A program made the translations under genes and the position numbers. From an uncultured Methanosarcinales archaeon (lineage in GTDB: Archaea > Nanobdellota > Nanobdellia > Woesearchaeales > UBA12501), in contig CAYWPA010000007.1 in assembly GCA_964459835.1 (NCBI GenBank), positions 11,662-35,661 of the forward strand: a stretch of DNA of 24,000 bases, given 5' to 3'. Each line of letters opens with the position of its first letter. Position 1 is the first letter of the stretch. Below, piece by piece: positions 15,197-21,841 of the stretch. The notes beneath the pieces are model-generated. The model was not told the DNA's origin and ran no database searches. It saw only the letters and a list, made by a program, of their open reading frames with translations.

Positions 15197-16120
15197 ATGA
15201 AATCAACCCCAAAAATAGCTACAGTGGTGCTGTTTACAGCATTTGTACTTATTCTATTGGTAAGCGGCTGCAGTGACAATGATAAGCTAAAGCTTGTTCT
15301 TCAGAAATATAAGGAATCACAGAACAGGATACAAGAGCTTGAGTCAAAGGTTGCAGAGCTTGAGTCAGAAAACCAAAGGCTGAAGAGCGAATCATCTACT
15401 GCAGAGCAGAAGGCAAAGATAGCTGAGGCAGAGAAAAAGATCCAGGAAAGCAAATGCGATGCAGATGTAAGGGATGCTACAAACAAGCTGAAAGCTGCGA
15501 CAACTCAGGCAGTTATTGACAGTGCAAAGGCAACATTAAGGGGACTAGCTGTAACTTGCAATATAAACGCAGAGTCAATAATATCAGCAAATGCTCCTAA
15601 ATTAACAGTAGAGCTAAGCGCATGCGACGAGGCTGTTAACGACACTGTGTCAGAAGTAATCAAGATGATTGATCATCTTGATAAAGCAAAGGATTTTATT
15701 GAAAATGCAGATCGTGCCGTTAACTCAATTGATGAGGATGATATCAATACGAGCTCATCTGATGCAGACGAGGCAGATGACCTGACTGATATAGACGATG
15801 CAAAGAACAAGATTGATGATATCAAAGATTTGTTTGATGATGTAGATAACAGCATCTCAAAAGTAGATGACAATGCAAAGAGCAAGGATGATGGAGAGGC
15901 AATGGATAACTTTGAGGAGGCTGAAATCAAGTTCAATGATCTTGATGATGCAATTAAAGACCTTGACGGCATACTTGACAAGATAGAAACAAGTGATGTA
16001 CAGAGTGATGTTAATGATGCAAAAGACGAAGTTGCAGATGCTATAACAGAAATTGATGACGCAGACAATAACTTAGGAAGAATAAAGAACTTCATCAATG
16101 ACATAAAAGACGAGTGCTGA
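15197..16120 (+). CDS. Putative lipobox-anchored, extremely acidic coiled-coil surface protein
   Basis: 307 aa. N-terminal MKSTPKIATVVLFTAFVLILLVSGCSD is a signal peptide plus a lipobox-like LVSGC. The rest contains heptad-like and Asp-rich periodic segments (IDDAKNKIDDIKDLFDDVDNSISKVDDNAK...). Confidence 0.6.
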   Translation: MKSTPKIATVVLFTAFVLILLVSGCSDNDKLKLVLQKYKESQNRIQELESKVAELESENQRLKSESSTAEQKAKIAEAEKKIQESKCDADVRDATNKLKAATTQAVIDSAKATLRGLAVTCNINAESIISANAPKLTVELSACDEAVNDTVSEVIKMIDHLDKAKDFIENADRAVNSIDEDDINTSSSDADEADDLTDIDDAKNKIDDIKDLFDDVDNSISKVDDNAKSKDDGEAMDNFEEAEIKFNDLDDAIKDLDGILDKIETSDVQSDVNDAKDEVADAITEIDDADNNLGRIKNFINDIKDEC

Positions 16121-16144
16121 ATAAAAATAAGAATTTATTATTTT

Positions 16145-16573
16145 TTATTTAACTTCTACAACTTTTATCTTGAAGTTCAGGGTTTTCCCGGCTAAAGGAT
16201 GGTTTAAATCAAGAAAAATCTTGTCATCTTCAACCTTTACTATTGTTGCAGCAAGCATTGCACCGTTTGGAGCTTTTAATGTAAGAGTCATGCCTTTTTT
16301 CGGCTCCCTGTCTTTTGGAAGCTTGTCTCTTGGAATCGGCTGGACCAATTCTTCTTTTATTTCTCCGTAGCCGTCTTTTGGCTTTATCTTTATATCTTTT
16401 TCATCCCCTTCTTTCATTCCCCTTACTGCTTCGTCAAATCCCTTTATAACTTTTCCTTCTCCAACTGTAAATTCAATAGGCTCTCTTCCTTCTGAAGAGT
16501 CAAATACAGTTCCATCATCGAATTTTCCTGTATAATGCACTTTTACATTGCTTCCTTCTTTTGCCTGTGCCAT
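16145..16573 (-). CDS. FKBP-type peptidyl-prolyl cis-trans isomerase (short archaeal/SlyD-like with an IF insert)
   Basis: 142 aa. VKVHYTGKFDDGTVFDSSEGREPIEFTVGEGKVIKGFDEAVRGMKEGDEK...DGYG and LNHPLAGKTLNFKIKVVEV. Confidence 0.92.
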   Translation of the reverse strand: MAQAKEGSNVKVHYTGKFDDGTVFDSSEGREPIEFTVGEGKVIKGFDEAVRGMKEGDEKDIKIKPKDGYGEIKEELVQPIPRDKLPKDREPKKGMTLTLKAPNGAMLAATIVKVEDDKIFLDLNHPLAGKTLNFKIKVVEVK

Positions 16574-16656
16574 GGCACCGATTGGTTAGGGCAATGTTTA
16601 TAAATGTTGGGGTTTTCAGCCATTTTATGTTTATAACGCCAAGCGAAATACTAGAC

Positions 16657-17190
16657 ATGGCAATCATGACTGCAATACTTGGATATATCTTTATGGATAT
16701 GTTCAAGAGGCCAATGCATGACTATAATCCGATAGAATATCTAAAAAATAAAAAAAAGAGCGATTTCTGGTTTGCTGTTGCTGTTACAGCGCCTGCTGTA
16801 ATACTGCATGAGCTAGGGCACAAGTTTGTTGCGCTTTCATTTGGCTTGGAAGCTACCTTTCATGCAGCTTATTCCTGGCTTATAATGGGCGTGCTGCTGA
16901 AGATAATCCTAGGGTTTGTTTTCTTTATTCCAGGATATGTAACTCATCAGGGCTTTGCAACCCCTTTGCAGCACAGCTTAATTGCCTTTGCAGGGCCATT
17001 GCTTAACTTGATTTTGTGGCAGGGAAGCATCTTCGCATTGAAGAACAAAATGCTTCCAAAAAAACATGATGCGCTGCTTTTCATGACTTCAAGAATCAAC
17101 ATGTTTTTGTTCTTCTTCAACATGATACCTATTCCGCCGTTTGACGGCTACACAGTATTCTGGGGCATTGTTAAGAATTTTATTGGCTAA
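16657..17190 (+). CDS. M50/site-2-protease-family membrane zinc metalloprotease
   Basis: HELGH (HExxH) lies in a TM segment and FFNMIPIPPFDG is the NxxPxxxxDG motif. I prefer ATG 16657 (MAIMTAILGY...) over the track start at 16561. The 16561 start would overlap the divergent FKBP gene, and TATA tttataa (16630-16636) sits about 25 nt upstream of 16657. Confidence 0.8.
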   Translation: MAIMTAILGYIFMDMFKRPMHDYNPIEYLKNKKKSDFWFAVAVTAPAVILHELGHKFVALSFGLEATFHAAYSWLIMGVLLKIILGFVFFIPGYVTHQGFATPLQHSLIAFAGPLLNLILWQGSIFALKNKMLPKKHDALLFMTSRINMFLFFFNMIPIPPFDGYTVFWGIVKNFIG

Positions 17191-17247
17191 AATGATAAAA
17201 TCAATTATCTTATGGTATTTGTGTGTATGTGTAATGGGCGGAATTAA

Positions 17248-17484
17248 CACAATCGTTTATCGTCTAAAGAAAGAAAAAAATTAGGAAGTTTCTTCAAATG
17301 TTATTGTGAAAATTGCGGAAAAAGGATTCCTACTTTATTATGCTCTCTTCCTATTATAAATTATATCTATCTCAAAGGCAGGACCAAATGCTGCAATAAA
17401 AAAATATCAATGCTCCATCCATTAACAGAACTAATCGGAGGAACAATTATATTCTTCCTTATCATATATTTCTTTGAATTTTAG
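17248..17484 (+). pseudogene. Remnant of a bacterial-type (PilD-like) prepilin peptidase N-terminal Cys4 domain; no start codon and no A24 peptidase domain
   Basis: Open frame from after the stop at 17245-17247 to TAG 17482-17484. It reads HNRLSSKERKKLGSFFKCYCENCGKRIPTLLCSLPIINYIYLKGRTKCCNKKISMLHPLTELIGGTIIFFLIIYFFEF. The pattern GSF..C.C..CG..I....LP...Y....GR.+C.C...IS...PL.EL matches the PilD N-terminal domain. No ATG, GTG or TTG occurs in frame before residue 54. A short out-of-frame ATG ORF (17213-17245, MVFVCMCNGRN) sits upstream. Confidence 0.55.
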
Positions 17485-17625
17485 GGTTAAGTCAAGTAGT
17501 GTGTCTTGTGCCAGTGCTGCACTCTGTTCGCTTCTGGCTTTAATCTCGCAACCTATTATCACTCGCATTCGCTTCCATAGTAGAGCACGGCGTTTGACAG
17601 CACTGGCACTTAACTTGACTTAATC
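17485..17625. mobile_element. MITE-like 141-bp inverted-repeat element (family 2, copy B) with a perfect 9-bp target-site duplication
   Basis: Terminal inverted repeat ttaagtcaagt (17487-17497) / acttgacttaa (17613-17623). Inner inverted repeat gtgccagtgctg (17508-17519) / cagcactggcac (17598-17609). Flanking direct repeat gaattttag at 17476-17484 and 17626-17634. It has no coding capacity. Confidence 0.65.
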
Positions 17626-17639
17626 GAATTTTAGAAATC

Positions 17640-17647
17640 TTTATATA
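17640..17647 (+). promoter_or_regulatory. TATA box (tttatata) for the 17671 gene; leaderless spacing
   Basis: agaaatctttatataagg is centred about 27 nt upstream of ATG 17671. The 15-mer ttttagaaatcttta is repeated at the pyrG promoter. Confidence 0.5.
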
Positions 17648-17670
17648 AGGTTTACTATTCTCGGATAGTT

Positions 17671-18177
17671 ATGGAAAAAGAAGACTACAACATAATTAAG
17701 GCTTATGTTCCAAATGGGGTTCTTTTTACGTCTTCTTTGCATGATTCTCTGAATAGGGTATATGGTAGGCTAGAGCATATTGCCAAACGCGTGAAAAAAA
17801 GCCACGGAATCGAGCTTGTATTATATGAGCCGATGAGGGAGGCAAATGCCGCAGGGCTTGACCCTAAAAAAGACATGGACCAAATCACTGAAAATAACCA
17901 ATGGTTTGTATTATTTGAAGCTGATATGTTTTTTGCCTACCTTGACAGCGGCCCAAGTGTTGATTCAGGAGTTTCAGTTGAAGTTGGCATGGCAAGAGCA
18001 CTTAAGCTTCCAATACTTGCTTTGCGATCTGACAAAAGCCACCTTGAAGACGGCTGTGTAATATCCGCACAGATGATGTGCGCAATAAACTACAAAGGCA
18101 GGCTTTATACTGTTGAAGAGGAATGGTATCAGGGAATAGAAAACGCTGTTATACAACTTCATAAAGAAAGGTTCTGA
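17671..18177 (+). CDS. Nucleoside 2-deoxyribosyltransferase-like protein
   Basis: 168 aa. EADMFFAYLDSGPSVDSGVSVEVGMARALKLPILALRSD fits the family block (aD.vvA.ld....D.Gt.fE.G.A.alGkP...l). Called by eye only. Confidence 0.55.
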   Translation: MEKEDYNIIKAYVPNGVLFTSSLHDSLNRVYGRLEHIAKRVKKSHGIELVLYEPMREANAAGLDPKKDMDQITENNQWFVLFEADMFFAYLDSGPSVDSGVSVEVGMARALKLPILALRSDKSHLEDGCVISAQMMCAINYKGRLYTVEEEWYQGIENAVIQLHKERF

Positions 18178-18202
18178 AAATCTTCCGGATTTTTTTAGAA
18201 AT

Positions 18203-18211
18203 CTTTAAATA
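18203..18211 (+). promoter_or_regulatory. TATA box (ctttaaata) for pyrG; leaderless spacing to ATG 18234
   Basis: ttttagaaatctttaaatacc is centred about 27 nt upstream of ATG 18234. Confidence 0.5.
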
Positions 18212-18233
18212 CCCTTTCTTACCTACCTCACTA

Positions 18234-19994
18234 ATGCACACACAAAAAATACACGGGAATTCTGAGAGTGATAGATTGTGCACAATGGATACGCAGGACA
18301 GGCTTAAGAAGGCAGGGGCAGAGACAGAGGATCATGAGTACTATACTCCTATCCCTAAAGGATATAAGATAGGAAGCACAAAGTACGTGATAGTTACAGG
18401 AAGCGTCATGAGCGGCTTAGGCAAGGGAATCTTCGCCAGCTCAATGGCAAAGCTTCTGCAGTTCAAGGGATTGAAAGTAGCGCCGATAAAGCTTGAAGGA
18501 TATCTTAACATTGACGCAGGCACATTAAACCCTTACAGGCACGGTGAAGTTTTTGTTCTTGATGACGGCATGGAATGTGATATGGATTTGGGAACTTATG
18601 AAAGGCTGCTGAACCTTAACCTAACTGCCAGAAACTTCATTACAGCAGGAAAGCTTTACACAAGCATTCTGGAAAGGGAAAGAAAGGGGAGCTATTTGGG
18701 AAGGGATGTTCAGATTATTCCGCATGTCACAGGAGAAATAAAAAGAATACTGAGAAAGCTTGCAATGGAGAGCAGCGCAGATGTTGTTTTTGTTGAAATC
18801 GGAGGAACTGTAGGGGATATTGAAAATAATATTTACATTGAAGCTGCAAGGGAATTAAGATATGAAGAAGGAAAGGAAAACGTATGCGTTGTAAACCTTA
18901 CTTATGTTCTTGAGCCTTCAAGCCTTGGAGAGCAAAAGTCAAAAGCAGCGCAGCTTGGAATAAGAAACTTGATGTCACTTGGCCTGCAGCCAGATATCGT
19001 TGCATGCAGAAGCGTAAATCCTATAACAGAGAAGATAAGGGAGAAGATAAGCATTTTCTCAAACGTTCCTCTTAAAAGGGTTGTAGGGGTGCATAATATA
19101 AAAAATATATACAGGATTCCTTTGTTGCTGAAGGAAGTTGGCCTGGATAAGGAAGTAGTTGAAATTCTGAATTTACAGGAAATGGTGGATGAAAAAAGAG
19201 AGAAAAAAGCTTTGGAAGAATGGAGAGAGTATATTGAAAAAACAGAAAATTCAAAAAAAGAAATAACAATAGGAATTACAGGAAAGTACACAGGGTTAAG
19301 GGATTCCTATGCATCTATTCTTCATGCGCTTGATCATGCAGCAGCTGAAAACAATGCTTCTGTAAAAGTAAAATGGATTGAGACAACTGAGATAGAAAAT
19401 GGAAAGCCTGTCAAGGAATACCTGAAGGATGTTGACGGCGTTATTGTGCCTGGCGGATTTGGAAAAAGAGGCACAGAAGGAAAAATAAGCTGCATACAAT
19501 ATGCAAGGGAAAATAATATTCCTTATTTAGGATTATGCTTTGGGTTTCAGATGGCATTGATAGAGTTCGCAAGAAATATCTGCGGCTTGAAAAATGCAAA
19601 CTCAACAGAGCTTGACATAGACACTCCTTACCCTGTCATTGACTTGCTGCCTGAGCAGAGGGCAATTGAAGGACTAGGAGGAAGCATGAGGCTTGGGTTG
19701 AGGAAGGTTGAGATAAAAAAAGGCACTATTGCATACAAGCTTTTCGGCAACACAATGGCAGACATGCGCTTTAGGCACAGATACGAGTGCAATCCTGTTT
19801 ATATAGAGAAGTTTGAGAAAAAAGGAATGGTGTTTTCCGGCAAAGCCCCTAATGTGCCTATAATGCAGATCCTTGAATTGCCTGGTCATCCTTACTTTAT
19901 TGGCACACAGGCGCATCCTGAATTCACGTCAAAGCCGCAGAATCCTAATCCTTTATATTTAGGCTTTGTCAAGGCTTGTTTGGAGAAGGAATAG
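18234..19994 (+). CDS. pyrG: CTP synthase
   Basis: 586 aa. KYVIVTGSVMSGLGKGI, LEGYLNIDAGTLNPYRHGEVFVLDDG, EIGGTVGDIE, the glutaminase domain GLCFGFQ and the HPEF block are all present. About 50 residues precede the conserved KYVIVTG start. Confidence 0.95.
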   Translation: MHTQKIHGNSESDRLCTMDTQDRLKKAGAETEDHEYYTPIPKGYKIGSTKYVIVTGSVMSGLGKGIFASSMAKLLQFKGLKVAPIKLEGYLNIDAGTLNPYRHGEVFVLDDGMECDMDLGTYERLLNLNLTARNFITAGKLYTSILERERKGSYLGRDVQIIPHVTGEIKRILRKLAMESSADVVFVEIGGTVGDIENNIYIEAARELRYEEGKENVCVVNLTYVLEPSSLGEQKSKAAQLGIRNLMSLGLQPDIVACRSVNPITEKIREKISIFSNVPLKRVVGVHNIKNIYRIPLLLKEVGLDKEVVEILNLQEMVDEKREKKALEEWREYIEKTENSKKEITIGITGKYTGLRDSYASILHALDHAAAENNASVKVKWIETTEIENGKPVKEYLKDVDGVIVPGGFGKRGTEGKISCIQYARENNIPYLGLCFGFQMALIEFARNICGLKNANSTELDIDTPYPVIDLLPEQRAIEGLGGSMRLGLRKVEIKKGTIAYKLFGNTMADMRFRHRYECNPVYIEKFEKKGMVFSGKAPNVPIMQILELPGHPYFIGTQAHPEFTSKPQNPNPLYLGFVKACLEKE

Positions 19995-20018
19995 AAATAT
20001 TTATAATGCTGAAGTTCT

Positions 20019-20843
20019 ATGAACTGTTTTATGTTTGATAGGCTTAGAAAAGATAAAAGAGGAATTGGCTTAGTACTTTTCATCATTATTCTCACCCTTA
20101 TTATTTTTATGATAGGAATGTGTTCTGGTGCAATGTGCGGTGACCAGAGCAACGGTGACCAGAGCAAAGGCTGTACCGAAGACACGCAAGGTGATGAGCC
20201 TGAAGCTTCTCCATTCTCTGATAGCGGCTTTGGAAAAGAAAAGCCTGAATGTGAAAAAGGGGCAACAAGATCGTGCGAAGAAAGCGGTTATCCAACAGAA
20301 GGAGTCTGCAGGGGAGCGATGGAGAAATGCGTCAAGGGAACATGGAGCGGATGCGGAGAAAACCAGTTCGGGGAAAAATACGAAGAAACCGAAGTATCAT
20401 GCGACAAGCTTGACAATGACTGCGACGGAGAAACAGATGAAGGTTGCGATGATGACGGAGACGGATTTATAGATTCTTTGATGAAATATGAAAACGGGGA
20501 AGAAAGAGATGACTGCAGAGACAATGATGCAGCTGTCAATCCTAGTGTGCAGGAATTCTGCGGAGACCAGATAGACAACAATTGTGATGGAAGCGCTGAA
20601 GAAGACTGCGAATGCAGCTCAGGAGAAAAAATGCCTTGCGCAAAGCAATCTGGAATATGCGCAGGCTCTAGGGTTACGTGCACAACAGACGGAAAAATTC
20701 CAGAGTGCAATTATGCAGTATTAGTAAAGCCATTTGTTTACATGGAACAGGATACTTTATGCGATGGGTTGGATAATGACTGCGATGGAATCATAGACGG
20801 CCATCAGGCAGGGACAGAGCAAAACTGCCCACCTCAGCCTTAG
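20019..20843 (+). CDS. Secreted Cys-rich protein with DNDCDG (MopE-like putative metal-binding) repeats and a pilin-like class III N-terminus
   Basis: 274 aa. The N-terminus (MNCF)MFDRLRKDKRG-IGLVLFIIILTLIIFMIG has a basic stretch, then Gly, then a hydrophobic helix. Repeats are CDKLDNDCDGETDEGCDDDGDGF, CGDQIDNNCDGSAEEDC and CDGLDNDCDGIIDG. TATA tttataa (20000-20006) is centred about 27 nt upstream of the second ATG at 20031, so that may be the true, leaderless start. Confidence 0.7.
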   Translation: MNCFMFDRLRKDKRGIGLVLFIIILTLIIFMIGMCSGAMCGDQSNGDQSKGCTEDTQGDEPEASPFSDSGFGKEKPECEKGATRSCEESGYPTEGVCRGAMEKCVKGTWSGCGENQFGEKYEETEVSCDKLDNDCDGETDEGCDDDGDGFIDSLMKYENGEERDDCRDNDAAVNPSVQEFCGDQIDNNCDGSAEEDCECSSGEKMPCAKQSGICAGSRVTCTTDGKIPECNYAVLVKPFVYMEQDTLCDGLDNDCDGIIDGHQAGTEQNCPPQP

Positions 20844-20953
20844 CTGCCTTCTTAATCCTCAGCCTTAACTACTTCTGAATGCTTAACAAGCTTTTTATGC
20901 TGTTTTTCTATTATCATACGCAAAGCTGCAATATTCGGTAGAAGTTGGTAGGG

Positions 20954-21841
20954 ATGGATCCTAAATTAGTAGAGTATATACAGAAAGAGATAAGCGACGG
21001 CTATAGCTTGAATTCTATAAAATTGTCGTTATTAAAGCAGGGCTATCCTGCAAATACTGTAGATGAAAACATAAATTATGTGATGCAGGAAGAGTCTGCA
21101 TTAATCAATTATATAAAACAGCAAAGGGCAAGGAAGATAGAAGACGATGTCATCAAAGCAGCCTTGATAAATTCCGGATATCCTGTCCCTGACATAAACA
21201 ATGCCCTCAATGCACTGAAGAAAACTCCTAAATTGATTTATATTCTTGCAGCTTTAATTATATTTGGGCTTGGGCTTTACATGTTCTGGCCGAGTTCAGA
21301 GCCAGCTTCTACCAAGCCCAGCCCAGGTATAACAGAGAAAGAATTCGGGAAAGAAATAATTGCAGAAGAAATTCCTGAAGAACCTATTCCAGAAGAGAAA
21401 GGCTTTGAAGATTTTGAAAAAGGATTGTTTGAAGAAGAAAACATAACAAATGAAACAGCTGAAGAAATTGTTTTTGAAGAGAACAAAACAGCAATATCTG
21501 AAGAAGGGCGTGAAGAAATTCCTCCAGAACCAGAAGTAACACAGTTTGAAGAAAAAACAGAATTAGAGGAAATAATTGAAGATGTCGAAACAAGCAATGT
21601 GGATACTGCAACGCAGATATGCACAGAAACAGATGACAATGTTTATAGGGATGCTTGCTTTAATCAGCTGGCAAAATCATCAAGCAATCCGGATTACTGT
21701 GAAAATATAATCAACACAGAAAAAAAGGATTCATGCTACCTAAGTTTCATACTTAACAGCAAGGACTATTCATTGTGTGCAAAGCTTGTTTCAGAGGATT
21801 TAAGGCAATCCTGCGAGTCATTGAAGGAGACAGCTTCATGA
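20954..21841 (+). CDS. Single-pass membrane protein: two N-terminal small helical modules, a TM, a Glu-rich spacer and a C-terminal Cys-repeat domain
   Basis: The track ORF starts at TTG 20945; I prefer ATG 20954 (MDPKLVEY...). Modules are LVEYIQKEISDGYSLNSIKLSLLKQGYPANTVDENINYV and LINYIKQQRARKIEDDVIKAALINSGYPVPDINNALNAL. The TM is LIYILAALIIFGLGLYMFW. The C-terminus is CTETDDNVYRDACFNQLAKSSSNPDYCENIINTEKKDSCYLSF...CAKL...SCESL. The stop overlaps the next start (ATGA). Confidence 0.7.
   Translation: MDPKLVEYIQKEISDGYSLNSIKLSLLKQGYPANTVDENINYVMQEESALINYIKQQRARKIEDDVIKAALINSGYPVPDINNALNALKKTPKLIYILAALIIFGLGLYMFWPSSEPASTKPSPGITEKEFGKEIIAEEIPEEPIPEEKGFEDFEKGLFEEENITNETAEEIVFEENKTAISEEGREEIPPEPEVTQFEEKTELEEIIEDVETSNVDTATQICTETDDNVYRDACFNQLAKSSSNPDYCENIINTEKKDSCYLSFILNSKDYSLCAKLVSEDLRQSCESLKETAS

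Noticed and set aside
16561-16656. Upstream extension of the M50 protease ORF (track start 16561)
   Set aside because: It would overlap the divergent FKBP gene start (16573) and contain the TATA box itself. The conserved protein begins after ATG 16657.
276-17625. Whether the four hairpin repeats could be a CRISPR array or its remnants
   Set aside because: They are dispersed singly over 17 kb, are 130-165 bp long, have no regular repeat-spacer periodicity, and no cas genes are present.
20832-20867. 11-bp direct repeat cctcagcctta (20832-20842 and 20857-20867) spanning the stop of the 20019 gene
   Set aside because: It is a single short repeat pair with no inverted-repeat structure and no further copies in the window, and is probably fortuitous.
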